A DNA stretch of 64,000 bases from contig JAUZSP010000003.1 in assembly GCA_030949385.1 (NCBI GenBank), forward strand, positions 453,670-517,669, in the 5' to 3' direction. Positions 10,355 to 22,943 of the stretch are shown piece after piece (the first letter of the stretch is position 1; each line of letters begins with the position of its first letter). The translations under genes and the position numbers were made by a program. Source of the stretch: Gammaproteobacteria bacterium. Lineage in GTDB: Bacteria > Pseudomonadota > Gammaproteobacteria > JAUZRS01. Under the pieces are notes generated by a model, which was not told the origin of the DNA, searched no databases, and worked only from the letters and a program-made list of their open reading frames with translations.

Positions 10355-12460
10355 TCACGATTGATCTGTTGAATTGATTTTTGTCTGATTTTCAGCGCTC
10401 TCTTCGGGGCTTGAATCGGCGTTTTGGCTCGCTTCGCGGTAAATGTGGTAGCGATTACAGCCGTTGTCTTTGGCGTGTTGCAGAGCGTGTTTGGCCTGTT
10501 GTGTCAGTTGGTTGCTGTCAGTGGCGTCGTCTGGGTAGAGACTGATGCCGATGCTGGCGGAAATTTTGAATTCTTGTTCGGCCAGAGTGATGGGAGAGCT
10601 AATAACGTCTAGCATTTTATCGGCGCTGCGTTTTACTTCATCTAGCTGCTGCAATTCGGGCAAAATAACGACAAACTCATCACTTGAAATGCGCGCTAAG
10701 GTATCTACCTCGCGCAGGCAGGTTTGCAGTCGTTCGGCAATGTTTTGGATCAGCTGATCGCCTGTGGCGTGACCGGCGGCGTTGTTAACCTTTTTGAGGT
10801 TATCCAGATCAATGTAGAGCAGCGCGACTTGGTGCTTCTCGCGTTGGGCGTGAGATAAGGAGGTGAGCAGGCGATCATTCAGCAGTGGGTGGCTGGGCAG
10901 ACCCGTTAGGCCATCGTAATAGCCGAGCTTGTGTAAGCGACGCTGGTGTTCTTGTTGTAAGCTGGTATCGCTGTAAATACTGACGTAGTTGATCAGATAA
11001 CCGTTGCTGTCGTAGATGGCACTGATCTGTAAAGAAGAAGGGTAGAGCGTGCCATTTTTGTGTTGGTTCCAGATCTCCCCTTGCCACCGGCCGTAGTGAT
11101 ACAAGCTCTCCCACAGTTCTTGATAGAATTTTTGTTCGTGGTGTCCCGAGTAGAGGACATTGACCTGTTCGCCAATGATGTCATTGGGTTCGTAGCCGCT
11201 GTTGGCGGTGAAAGCAGAATTAACTGAGGTCACAAAGCCTTCTGGATCGGAGACCAGAATGCCTTCTGAAGTGGTTTCAATCAGTTTGTCTGCCAGCTGC
11301 AACTGCTGTTCGGCGTCTTTCTGTTTGCCGATGCTGCTGGTGAAGAGGCAGCAATACTCTTTGTTTTCGTGTTCGAGGTAATTGGCGCTGATTTCAATGG
11401 GGAATTCGGTGCCGTTCTTACGTAGATGGGTGGCTTCAAAGGTGGTGTTTTGGTGGTTTTGAATCTGCTCCCAGATGGTTTCCAGCAACTCTTCGGTGAT
11501 GTTCATTAGCACATCGGGCATCCGCATACTGAGCAGCTCTTCTTGGCTGTAGCCTAAAATTTGGCAGGCGGTTTCATTGACGTAGATGAATTTTGATTCT
11601 CTGTCGATCCAGAACATGCCCTCTTTGGCGCTGTTCATGGCGTACTGATTCATCAACAACGCACGTTCGTTTAATTTTTGCTCGGTTAGATCGTCGCTGA
11701 TGCTGAGAATACCGAGAATATTGCCATGTTCGGAACGAAAAGCGTGTTTGCGACTGCTTAACCAGCGCATCTGGCCATCGCCGCGTTTCAGTGCCGATTC
11801 CATTGATTCAATGGCTCGGCCGGAACGATAGACTTCACGATCCAGTTTGTGCAGTTCAGCAGCAATGTCGTTGGGCAGCAGCTCGTAGTCGGTTTTGCCA
11901 ATGATGTCGTCGATGGGACGACCGAGGAAATCGGCAAAACGTTGGCTGACGGCAACGTAACGAGAGCGGCTGTTCTTAAAGTAGGAGAGGTTGGGGGTGT
12001 GTTCTAGCATCACTTGCAGTTCAGGGGAAATATGGAACTTAGCGGCTTTGGACTCTTTTTCGGCGGCTTTTGTTTCCAGTGAGTTGCCTTCGGCTTCGCG
12101 GCGCAGAGCAGGCAAGACGCGCAGAATAATAATTACGAGAACGGCAATGGCACTGAAAAAGCCAGTTAATAAGGGCAGCAGCTGAACTTCGGGTTGAGAT
12201 GTGTTTGCCAGTAGGCGGTAGATGTTCTCTGTGAGTGGGCTGATACTGACAATCGCCAAAGTGAGCAGCAATAAGCGTATTGAACGGCTTTGAGCGGGGA
12301 ATATCTTCCAGTAGCGTAGATAGGCAAACAGAATAATAGCCCACAGCAGCGCAAGCACTCCATAGGCGTAAGGTATGATGGCTGCCAAACTATTCAAGAT
12401 TTCCCTCCAAGCGGGGCAATGGTGCATGCCATTGTGTGATCCGCTAAACAGCAGAGCCAC
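10355..12460 (-). CDS. Membrane sensor protein with PAS domains and a GGDEF domain whose A-site is degenerate (SSDEF) and I-site intact (REVD)
   Basis: N-terminal TM segments, then PAS-like repeats. The GGDEF-domain signatures YDGLTGLP, ALLYIDLDNLKKVNNAAGHATGD and REVDTLARISSDEF align to PleD RESDLVARYGGEEF. The SSDEF codons lie at 10673-10687. Confidence 0.85.
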   Translation of the reverse strand: MALLFSGSHNGMHHCPAWREILNSLAAIIPYAYGVLALLWAIILFAYLRYWKIFPAQSRSIRLLLLTLAIVSISPLTENIYRLLANTSQPEVQLLPLLTGFFSAIAVLVIIILRVLPALRREAEGNSLETKAAEKESKAAKFHISPELQVMLEHTPNLSYFKNSRSRYVAVSQRFADFLGRPIDDIIGKTDYELLPNDIAAELHKLDREVYRSGRAIESMESALKRGDGQMRWLSSRKHAFRSEHGNILGILSISDDLTEQKLNERALLMNQYAMNSAKEGMFWIDRESKFIYVNETACQILGYSQEELLSMRMPDVLMNITEELLETIWEQIQNHQNTTFEATHLRKNGTEFPIEISANYLEHENKEYCCLFTSSIGKQKDAEQQLQLADKLIETTSEGILVSDPEGFVTSVNSAFTANSGYEPNDIIGEQVNVLYSGHHEQKFYQELWESLYHYGRWQGEIWNQHKNGTLYPSSLQISAIYDSNGYLINYVSIYSDTSLQQEHQRRLHKLGYYDGLTGLPSHPLLNDRLLTSLSHAQREKHQVALLYIDLDNLKKVNNAAGHATGDQLIQNIAERLQTCLREVDTLARISSDEFVVILPELQQLDEVKRSADKMLDVISSPITLAEQEFKISASIGISLYPDDATDSNQLTQQAKHALQHAKDNGCNRYHIYREASQNADSSPEESAENQTKINSTDQS

Positions 12461-12703
12461 GAGGAATCACGGTTCATTATTATGGGCTGAATACGGCTCA
12501 ATTGGGGCTTCTCTTAAAACGCTGTACGGACGATCTTGATAATAAAGGTTATTTTCCCCAGAATGCTGCCCGATTTAGCCAGCAGATGCAACCGCTATCC
12601 TATTTTTGCTTGGCAGATAGTGTGCCGTTGTCAGACGGGTTTTTGGACTTGCTCTTGGTTTTCGATTACTTTTATTCATTATCTAGGCTTACGGCCTCGA
12701 TAG

Positions 12704-14368
<1,665 letters not shown>

Positions 14369-14404
14369 TGCAATAAAGGTTGTGCTGCTGACTTCGATAA
14401 AAAA

Positions 14405-14444
14405 GCCGCCGTTTAGCCTCTGCTAGACGGCGGCTTTTCTGTTT
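14405..14444 (+). terminator. Rho-independent terminator after pgm
   Basis: gccgccgt-ttagcctctgctag-acggcggc stem-loop followed by ttttctgttt. Confidence 0.7.
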
Positions 14445-14517
14445 GTTCACTTTGTTGGCATAACAGGCAGTCCGATTTTTTTGCGCGCTTTATGTTGATC
14501 AAAATGGAGAATGAGAT

Positions 14518-17500
14518 ATGTTGGCCAAGCAAATCATAGGCTTGCGTAAATTACTTGCGGCGCTCTTTATGAGCGTCTTTATCGCGGCTCCTCTGCAGGC
14601 ATTGCAACCGCCAGATTTGATATTGCCTTTGGCAGTGAATGGTTTGAGTGGTGATCTTTCTGGCTACAGCGTAGCCACCGATGGTACTACTTTGGTGGTG
14701 GGTGCGCCTAAAGCCACGGGCGGCAATACGGCGGGTTCTTACGGTGTGCCAGGTTTGGGCGAGGTGCGTCTCTATCAGAAAGTGTTTGGTGTTTGGACGC
14801 AGATGGCAACCTTGAGCGCCTCTAATGGCGCTTCGCATGACAGTTTTGGTATCAGCGTGGCTGTGGACGGTGATGTGGTGGTGGTGGGTGCTGAGGGTGT
14901 TTCGGTACGTCGTGGATCGGTTTATCTGTTTGTGAAGCCCAATACCGGCTGGCAGGATAAAACGGAAGATTTGGTCTTGGCTCCAAGTATGGCTCTTGGT
15001 AGCAATGCTTTTTTTTGGCCACGCGCTGGATATTGATGCCGATACGGTGGTGGTTGGGCAGTGGGATGGCGGTGCTAAAGGCACTTCGGCAGCTTATGTT
15101 TATGAAAAACCCATCACCGGTTGGCCTTCAGCCAGTTCGCAAACCGAGAGTGCGATTTTGCAGCCTCTGCTGGTGGACGCTTTGGGGACTTCTGCCCCGC
15201 CCAACAGTTTTGGCATCAGTGTCGCCGTAGACGGTTCTACGGTGGTGGTGGGCGGGGGTATGGATCGACGTTTAGGGGTGGCTTATCTGTTCGAGAAACC
15301 GGCTCTGGGTTGGGTAGACAGTAATGGCGATGGTGTGTTGAATGGCAGTGATACGGGGGTGGTCAGAACGGCGACGGCGGAGCTTTCTGCATCAACGGTG
15401 CTGATTACTGATCTGCTGCCTAAATTTGGTTTTGCTGTTGATATTCAAGGCGATGTGGTGGTGGTGGGCACGCCTGAATACGATGCTGCGGGGGCGGTGG
15501 ATGCGGGTGCAGCGTTTGTCTTTGTTAAGCCGGTGGGTGGGTGGATCTCGGCTACTGAGAATGCTTTTTTGACTGCGCCGACACCGTCTCCATGGCAAGG
15601 TTTTGCCCGCAGTGTAAGTGTTTGGGGGGATCATATTATGGTGGGCAGCTACCGTAATCCTAATTTTGGTTTTACTCCGGTACTGCCACCCGATCCCGTT
15701 GTGCCTTGGCCTGATGCGGTGACAGGCTTGATCTCTAAAGGACATTCAGCCACGGAAGAGGCGGGATCGGTTTTTCTATTTACAAAACCCGCTGCCGGTT
15801 GGTCAGCGGTTTCTGCTCACAGCACTTGGCAGGCTCCTGTAGCGCAGTTGAATAACTTCTTTGGTTACAGTGTGGCGCTCAATCGCAGCACCTATGTTGC
15901 GGGTGCGTGGGGAATGGACATTGATCTGGCTCCGTTGGATTCGCTGCCGGAATTGGATGTAGGCGAAGTGCAGGTGAAACAGACCTCGACAGTGGATCTC
16001 TCCATTACAAAAACAGACGGTCTGCTGGGTACGGCTCTGAATATTGGTGATCCATTGATTTACACCATCACGGTGAGTAATAACGATCTGCTGGATGCGG
16101 CCAGCGGGGTGGTTATTGAGGATCTGTTGGCAGACGGTTTTACGCTGGTTTCGGCAGTGGCGAGTCAGGGCAGCTGTGATCTTACTGCGCTGCCTAAATT
16201 ACGTTGTCATCTAGGGGTGATCAATGCCGCGCCTGCCAGTGCTACGGTGACCTTGAACCTGACTACTAATGCCAAAGCCAATGCGGGCGCATCGGCAACA
16301 GGCATTCATCTCTCTAATACGGCCAGCGTCAGCAGCAATGAGACCGATGATCTTTTGGCCAACAACAGCGCCACCGATGCCGATACGGTGATCAATGCCT
16401 CACCGGTGATTGATCTGGGCGCAACTCCAGCCTCGGTGAATGAAAGTACATTGGGGGTCTCTTTAGATGCTTCGGCAAGCGTGGATCTGGACGGCACGCT
16501 GGTCAGTTATGTTTGGAGTCAGCTTGGGGGTGAGGCGGTGACGTTGAGTGATAGTGCCACGTCTGTTGCGGCTTTTGATGCGCCTGCGCTGGTGACGGCT
16601 ACGGTGAACCCGTTGCTGTTTCAGGTTTTGGTGACGGACAACAACGGCGGTCAATCCACTCTGCCTCACAGTGTGACTTTGTTAGACATCACCCCGCCAG
16701 TGCTGAGTTTATTGGGAACCACACCCATTACTCATGAGGCGGCGACCCTTTACAACGATGCGGGTGCCACGGCGAGCGACAGCTTGGACGGTGATCTGAG
16801 CGCCAATATCGTGGTTGCTGGGTTGCCCGACACTCTGATACCGAGTGCTTATACCGTTACTTACAATGTTTTGGATGCAGCGGGTAATGCGGCCACACAG
16901 ATTAGCCGTGCGGTCACGGTGGTGGATGCCACGCCGCCAGTGATCAGCTTGAATACGGGTACGCCGGTGATCTTTGATGTGGGTTCTATTTACGTTGAAG
17001 CGGCCACGGCCAGTGACACTCTGGATGGTGATTTGAGCGCCTCAATGCGGGTTGGCGGTGCGGTCAATACGGCGCTGGCAGGGGATTATCCTCTGACTTA
17101 CGATGTGTTGGATAACGCAGGCAACAGTGCGCTTCAAGTCAGTCGCACCGTGACGGTGGCGGACATCAGTGCGCCGGTGATCAGCTTAAACGGTGGCAAT
17201 GTCAGCATTGAAGTGGGTTCAATCTACAACGATCTGGGTGCGACAGCGGTTGATAACGTCGATCCCACCCCGACGGTCACAGTGGATAGCCAAGTTAATA
17301 GCGCGGTTTTGGGTGTCTACAGTGTGATTTACAGCTCTACGGATGTGGCCAATAACAGCTCTACGGCTACCCGTACGGTCACGGTGGTGGACACCACATT
17401 GCCGATCATCACTCGACTGGGCGGTGCGACGGTCACGGCTGAAGCCGGTGAGGTTTATAGCGATATGGGGGCGACGGCCAATGACAATTATGAAGGTGAC

Positions 17501-18691
17501 ATCACGGCCAGTATTGTCACGCTCAATCCGGTAAATACCGCCATTCTGGGTGTGTATACGGTCACTTACGACGTTTCAGACAGCTCCAATAATGCCGCGT
17601 TGCAGGTGAGTCGAGCGGTGACCGTCAGTGATACGACGCCGCCGCTGATTGCGCTTAATACGGGTGCTGCCATCGAGGTTGATATTGGTTCCAGCTACGT
17701 TGAAGCGGCCACAGTAGTGGACTCTTTTGAGGGTGATCTCAGCGCTGCTTTGGTGGTGACGGGAGCGGTGAATACGGCGGTTCCGGCGGTTTACAGCTTG
17801 ACCTACAACGCTGAGGACGGCTCGGGGAATGTGGCGGCCAGTGTGACTCGTCAGGTGACGGTAAAAGACATTGGCGCGCCGGTCATAACCCTTACGGGAG
17901 GAGATACGCTCATCATTGCCTTGGGTTCGATTTATAGCGATGCCGGTGCCACGGCGGTGGACAATGTTGATCCTGTTGTTACGGTATTGACCTTATCCAA
18001 TAACGTCAATGCCTCTGCTCTGGGCAGTTACCGTGTGGTGTATCAAGCCACGGATGTGGCAGGCAATGTGGCTCAGGCGACCCGCACTGTGTTGGTGACG
18101 GATCAAATTGCGCCGACGATTGTGTTGATCGGCGCTAATCCCTTGATTGTCAGTGAGGGCGCTCTGTTTGTTGATCCGGGGGCGACGGTCAGTGACAACG
18201 TGGATGCGGATGCCAATATCAACGGTGTTGGTGCGGTGGACACTGCGACGGCGGGCGGTTATTCGCTCAGCTACGATGCTGATGATGCGGCGGGTAACTC
18301 TGCTGCAACGGTCACTCGTACGGTGATTGTCAGTGCGTTGCCGGTGGTGAACGGGCTGCCGACGGCACGTGTGATCGCTGGGGTGGTTTACAGCTATCAA
18401 CTGGACGTTACGGATGCGGAAGGCGATGTGCTCAGTTACACGGCTCAGAATCTGCCCAGTTGGTTGACCTTGAGCGCGAGTGGTCAGTTGAGTGGTACGC
18501 CTACTGCGGCAGATGTGGGCAGTCATAAGGGGATCAATATCACGGTCAGTGATGGCCACGGTTCTGTCACTACGGGGTCTTTTGCGATTGAAGTGACGGC
18601 AGCATCCAGTGGCGGCAGCGGTGGCGGTGGTTCATTGCCGTTTAGCCTGTTGTTGATTTTGTCTCTGCTGGGTTTGCGTCAACGCCACTGA
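14518..18691 (+). CDS. Giant surface protein paralog 1: signal peptide, 7 FG-GAP repeats, DUF11, PKD-like, ~9 Ig-like (DUF5011-type) repeats, cadherin-like domain, GlyGly-CTERM. Reading frame broken by a +1 indel in a T8 run at 15009-15016
   Basis: The two track ORFs (14518-15036 and 14996-18691) are one gene. With T7 instead of T8 the translation reads ...LGSNAFFGHALDIDADTVVVGQWDGG..., matching paralogs 2 and 3 (FGHAVDIKGGTVVVGQW). Repeated FG.SVAVDG..VVVGA blades are present. The C-terminus SGGSGGGGSLPFSLLLILSLLGLRQRH is a GlyGly-CTERM. Confidence 0.8.
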
Positions 18692-18710
18692 TTTGTTGTT
18701 AATCTATTTC

Positions 18711-18740
18711 CTGCCCCGTTCGGGGTAGGGATTCTTTGTT
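18711..18740 (+). terminator. Possible terminator hairpin after paralog 1
   Basis: ctgcccc-gttc-ggggtag stem followed by a T-rich tract. A weak call. Confidence 0.35.
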
Positions 18741-18878
18741 CCCCCTTGATTTTGACTTCAGCATAACCTTCTGATTTAAATTAGTTTTACTCCTTGTTTG
18801 TTGTTTTTGCTGGCCATAGATCGCCTTATTTTTTCACCTGTGTGTTTAAAATAATGAAGGAAGTTTAAATATGATTTG

Positions 18879-18922
18879 TTGGAAAAATATAAGAAGGCGC
18901 TGCTAAAAAGTAGCTTACAGCG
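18879..18922 (+). promoter_or_regulatory. Conserved upstream element shared with the paralog 3 leader, about 90-130 bp upstream of the paralog 2 start
   Basis: ttggaaaaatataagaaggcgctgctaaaaagtagcttacagcg is about 70% identical to 22816-22857. The start regions are also homologous (atggagttggtgatgata versus atggagaacgtgatgata). Confidence 0.35.
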
Positions 18923-19011
18923 TGTAAATTCTTTTATCTGGAAGCGACATGCGTACAAAATTCAAAATGTTGTGATGTCGGTCACATAATTATTTAAATT
19001 AATAAAGACAG

Positions 19012-22000
19012 ATGGAGTTGGTGATGATAACTCAGGTGAGAAAAAATGGCTTTGGGCGAAAAAGTTTATTAGCAATGAGTGTGATGGCGGCTTTGGTTGC
19101 TGCGCCAGCTTCAGCAACGCTGGTTGATAATCCGCTAACAATCAGCCCAGCAACGTCTTTAACGGTGGGTGGTGTTACTTTGCCGGAAGCCTTTCAGCAA
19201 GCGGGTGATCTGACCGGCTTGAGTGTCGCCACGGACGGTGTCACGTTGGTTATTGGTGCGCCACAGATGGCGGGGGCAAATCGTAATTCTTTTGGCGCCA
19301 ATCTTCTTACGACATCGCCAGTGAATCCAGCTATTTTACAGGCTCCCGGTAAGGCGTATGTGTATCAGCGAGATGTCAATAGCAACTGGATTCAAATTGC
19401 CACTTTGGTAGCCAGTACAGGTGCGGATAAAGATGGCTTTGGTGCCAGTGTGGCAGTGGATGGTAATACCATTGTGGTGGGTGCCGATGGAGCAACAAAT
19501 AAACAAGGTCGAGCCTATATTTTTGAAAAACCCGTTGGAGGTTGGTCGAATACGGCCATTACGACAGAAACGGCAGAATTATTACCCTTGATCGCCGGAG
19601 TGGCGCTGTCTGCATCCAATACTTATTTAGGTCATGCGGTAGATATTAAAGGTGGCACTGTGGTCGTGGGACAATGGGGTGGCGTTCCGGCTGCCTATAT
19701 CTTTGAGCGTCCCATCGCGGGCTGGGCTTCTGCTGTTCCTCTTGCGCAGACAGCAACTTTGCAGCCTTTGATCGGCGCTAATCCTGCTGCGATCCCTCCT
19801 GTTCTAGGCACAGTTCCAGAGCAGTTCGGTATGAGTGTGGCTATTGATTCAGATCCGGTTGCGGGTACCGAGACGGTGGTTGTGGGAGGGGATTTGCTAG
19901 GAGCTGGGGCGCTTTATTTGTATGAAAAACCAGCGCCAGTTGCAAGTGGGTGGGCTTCTTTAGGGGTTAATGCAGCGCCGACGGCGACTCTGACTTTATC
20001 CCCGGCTATTGATCTTTTGGATAATGGTCAAAATGGATCACGTAGTTTTGGTTTTGATGTGGATATTAAAGGCTCTACCGTTGTTGCCAGTGCGACGCGT
20101 TTTGATACGACCTCGCTTTTTGGGGTGGTTTCTAAAGATGCGGGGGCCGTATTTGTTTTTGAAAAACCGCTGGCTGGCTGGGTTTCTGGTTTTGAAACAA
20201 AAATGCTGACAGCGCCTACTCCAATAGCATTTCAGTCCTTTGGACGCAGTGTGGCAGTGACAAAAGATCGTGTTTTGGTGGGTACCTTTACTAACCCTGC
20301 TTTGAGAGCGGATCCCATTGTGGGTGGTTTTGGTTTGGTAGGTGATGCATTGGCGCCAACGGCAGCCAATGCACCGCAGGGGCGAGCTTATATTTTTGAC
20401 AAACCTTTGGGTGCAAGTTGGGCAACGTATAATCCTGTTTTGACTCCCGCAGCTCCTTGGCAGTCTCCGGTAGGTTCTGTTGATGACATGTTTGGTTACA
20501 GTGTCGCGGCGGCCAATACCACTTACGTTGCCGGTGGTTTTGCCTTGGATACGGATCTTCCAGCACAGGGTTCTGCTCCAGGTGCTGTTGCTGATGGCAT
20601 TGTGGACAACAACGTTGGTTCTGCCGCAGTACTAGAAGCCACTGTGATTTTAAACATCACCAACAGTTTGCCTGCGGGAACAGTGCCTGTTGCTGGTGAT
20701 CAACTGACCTACACCATCACGGTGGCCAACAACGACCTAATCGACACGGCCACCAACGTGGTGGTGACAGATCAACTGCCAGCAGGATTGACCTTTGTTT
20801 CAGCTACGTCTTCTCAAGGAACAGCCTGTATTGATTTGAATACGGGAGTCGCTCCAATTGCGAATACAGCATCAATCAATCTTGAATGTGCTTTAGGTAC
20901 TTTGGCTCCCAACAGTCAAGCCACCATTACGGTTGTGGCCGATGTCACTGATCCCGTGGCGATTGATCATTCAGCCAGTGTGATTGCCAGTGAAAGTCTT
21001 AACAACGCCTCTGTTACCAGTAGTTCGGTTAATGTTGCACCCACCGCCGATGCGGGCCTTGCACAGACGGTCAATGAGGGTGATCTGGTGACTTTGAGTG
21101 GTGTGGGTACAGATACGGCACCAGGTACGATTGCTTCGTATGCTTGGATGCAAGTTTCAGGGGATACGGTTGCGTTGACAGGAGCAAACACCGCCACCGC
21201 CACCTTTACTGCGCCGACATTGACGGCAAGCAGTGTTTTGCCATTACGTTTTAAGCTAACGGTGACAGACAGCGGTGGCGTAGCGGCGACAGCGTTGACC
21301 GCCACGGCGATGGTGGATGTAACGGTCAATGATGTCACTGTCCCAGTGGTCACTGCACCTCTGCCCATCATCGTTGAGGCAACCGGTACTAATACCAGTG
21401 TGAGTTCAGCGGCTCTTGGCACCGCCAGCGCTACAGATGCCTCTTCGTTCACTATCAGTAATGACGCTCCGGCGACTTTCCCTGTCGGCGATACCACAGT
21501 GATCTGGACGGCCACCGATGCCAATGGCAACAGCAGCACAGCAACACAGCTGGTGACCGTGGAAGACACCATCTTGCCCACCATTACCGCTCCGGTTGAT
21601 GTCACCGTAGAAGCCGTCGGTAGCAGCACCACGGTTGTTTTAGGTTCACCTATCACGTCCGATGCCTTTGCCGTAACAACGATTGACGATGCCCCAGCCA
21701 CCTTCCCGCTGGGTTCCACCACGGTGACGTGGACGGCCACGGATGCCAACGGCAACAGCAGCAGCGCCACTCAGATTGTGACGGTGAATGACAGCCAAGC
21801 GCCGAGTTTAGTCGCACCGGCCAATATGATCGTTGAAGCCACAGGGGTGGCAACCACCGTTGTTTTGAGCCAGCCGAGCAGCAGTGATCTGTTCGCAGTG
21901 ACGGTCAGCAGTGATGCACCGGCCACCTTCCCAGTAGGTGATACCACGGTGACGTGGACGGCAACCGATGCCAATAGCAACAGCAGTACGGTGGTTCAAA

Positions 22001-22617
22001 CCGTTACGGTGAAAGACAGCCTTGCACCCACCTTGACCTTGGTGGGTGGCAGTACCTTGATTGCCGTTGGGGGTACGTTTAGCGCACCGTCAGCTACGGC
22101 AACGGATGTGGTCTCTGGCAGTGTGGCGGTCAGCGATGATCGTGCCACGGCTCTGAACACCGCCGTTGCTGGAGCTTATAACATCACCTTTAGCGCAACG
22201 GATGCCGCTGGAAACACCGCGACAAAAGTACACACGGTGGTGGTGAACGCTCTGCCGGTGATCAACGGAGTGCCGACGGCAACGGTGGTGGCAGGGCAGA
22301 GCTACAGCTACGCCCTTGATGCTACGGATGCCAATGGGGATGCCTTGACCTACAGTGTGTTGAATGCGCCAGCGTGGTTAACGCTCAGCGCCAGCGGTGT
22401 TCTGAATGGTTCTCCAACGGCGGCAGATGTGGGTAGCCATGAAAACATCACCATTACGGTCAGTGATGGCAACGGTTCGGTCAGTGTTGGGCCGTTTACT
22501 GTTGAGGTGACGGCTGTTCCAGCTGCGAGCACAGGTGGTGGCGGTGGTGGTTCATTGCCTCTGGCTCTGCTGGCTGCTCTGTCACTGCTGGGACTGCGCC
22601 GACGCACCAACAAATAA
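19012..22617 (+). CDS. Giant surface protein paralog 2: signal peptide, 7-bladed FG-GAP propeller, DUF11, PKD-like, 3 HYR repeats, Ig-like (DUF5011-type), cadherin-like (putative Ig) domain, GlyGly-CTERM
   Basis: 1201 aa with seven FG-GAP-type blades (DGFGASVAVDGNTIVVGA and similar). DUF11-like LTYTITVANNDLIDTATNVVVTDQLPAGLTFVSAT. HYR-like ATFPVGDTTVTWTATDANGNSS x3. C-terminus GGGGGGSLPLALLAALSLLGLRRRTNK. Confidence 0.85.
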   Translation: MELVMITQVRKNGFGRKSLLAMSVMAALVAAPASATLVDNPLTISPATSLTVGGVTLPEAFQQAGDLTGLSVATDGVTLVIGAPQMAGANRNSFGANLLTTSPVNPAILQAPGKAYVYQRDVNSNWIQIATLVASTGADKDGFGASVAVDGNTIVVGADGATNKQGRAYIFEKPVGGWSNTAITTETAELLPLIAGVALSASNTYLGHAVDIKGGTVVVGQWGGVPAAYIFERPIAGWASAVPLAQTATLQPLIGANPAAIPPVLGTVPEQFGMSVAIDSDPVAGTETVVVGGDLLGAGALYLYEKPAPVASGWASLGVNAAPTATLTLSPAIDLLDNGQNGSRSFGFDVDIKGSTVVASATRFDTTSLFGVVSKDAGAVFVFEKPLAGWVSGFETKMLTAPTPIAFQSFGRSVAVTKDRVLVGTFTNPALRADPIVGGFGLVGDALAPTAANAPQGRAYIFDKPLGASWATYNPVLTPAAPWQSPVGSVDDMFGYSVAAANTTYVAGGFALDTDLPAQGSAPGAVADGIVDNNVGSAAVLEATVILNITNSLPAGTVPVAGDQLTYTITVANNDLIDTATNVVVTDQLPAGLTFVSATSSQGTACIDLNTGVAPIANTASINLECALGTLAPNSQATITVVADVTDPVAIDHSASVIASESLNNASVTSSSVNVAPTADAGLAQTVNEGDLVTLSGVGTDTAPGTIASYAWMQVSGDTVALTGANTATATFTAPTLTASSVLPLRFKLTVTDSGGVAATALTATAMVDVTVNDVTVPVVTAPLPIIVEATGTNTSVSSAALGTASATDASSFTISNDAPATFPVGDTTVIWTATDANGNSSTATQLVTVEDTILPTITAPVDVTVEAVGSSTTVVLGSPITSDAFAVTTIDDAPATFPLGSTTVTWTATDANGNSSSATQIVTVNDSQAPSLVAPANMIVEATGVATTVVLSQPSSSDLFAVTVSSDAPATFPVGDTTVTWTATDANSNSSTVVQTVTVKDSLAPTLTLVGGSTLIAVGGTFSAPSATATDVVSGSVAVSDDRATALNTAVAGAYNITFSATDAAGNTATKVHTVVVNALPVINGVPTATVVAGQSYSYALDATDANGDALTYSVLNAPAWLTLSASGVLNGSPTAADVGSHENITITVSDGNGSVSVGPFTVEVTAVPAASTGGGGGGSLPLALLAALSLLGLRRRTNK

Positions 22618-22636
22618 ATTAGAGTTTCTCTCCTTT
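22219..22636 (+). repeat. 418-bp block (3' end of paralog 2 through its stop codon) nearly identical to 26079-26496
   Basis: Direct comparison shows a single mismatch (ctgctg versus ctgttg). Identical antisense track ORFs at 22350-22613 and 26210-26473 confirm it. Confidence 0.9.
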
Positions 22637-22664
22637 GACCCCTGCTTAGTCAGGGGTTTTTTTA
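22637..22664 (+). terminator. Rho-independent terminator after paralog 2
   Basis: cccctg-cttagt-cagggg followed by ttttttt. Confidence 0.7.
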
Positions 22665-22815
22665 TGCCCTGATTTCCATTGGTCTCTGTTTTTCTGACGT
22701 TGATTTTAAAGGGTTTGTTTTTATTCTTAGGCTGTGGGTTGGGGCTGATGTGCGGTTGAGTATCGCTTGTTTCAAAATGACAGAATAGTCTTAACGATTT
22801 TAAGAAATAGATTTT

Positions 22816-22857
22816 TGGAAAAATATCAGAGTCGGCTGTTAAAACTAACTTACGGCA
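22816..22857 (+). promoter_or_regulatory. Conserved upstream element (paralog 3 leader), homologous to 18879-18922
   Basis: ttggaaaaatatcagagtcggctgttaaaactaacttacggc. Confidence 0.35.
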
Positions 22858-22943
22858 TTGGATCAGCCTCCTGTTTTTACAAAAACGATAATAGAAAAAA
22901 CGGTTTCAGTGCAGAAAATGCTGACCTAAATTTAGATGAACAC

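Noticed and set aside
20967-21770. 267-aa antisense ORF inside adhesin paralog 2, plus similar antisense ORFs at 14551-15084, 17993-18559, 21653-21999, 25025-25874, 22350-22613 and 26210-26473
   Set aside because: They lie opposite Thr/Val/Ala/Gly-rich repeat coding sequence with strong sense-strand domain homology. They have no RBS and low-complexity translations. They are artefacts of GC-rich repetitive codons.
22767-22943. 177-nt N-terminal extension of adhesin paralog 3 in the ORF track
   Set aside because: The homologous start MENVMIAKLKK at 22944 (matching MELVMITQVRK of paralog 2) is followed by the signal peptide. The upstream in-frame codons lie in the AT-rich leader that contains the conserved regulatory block.
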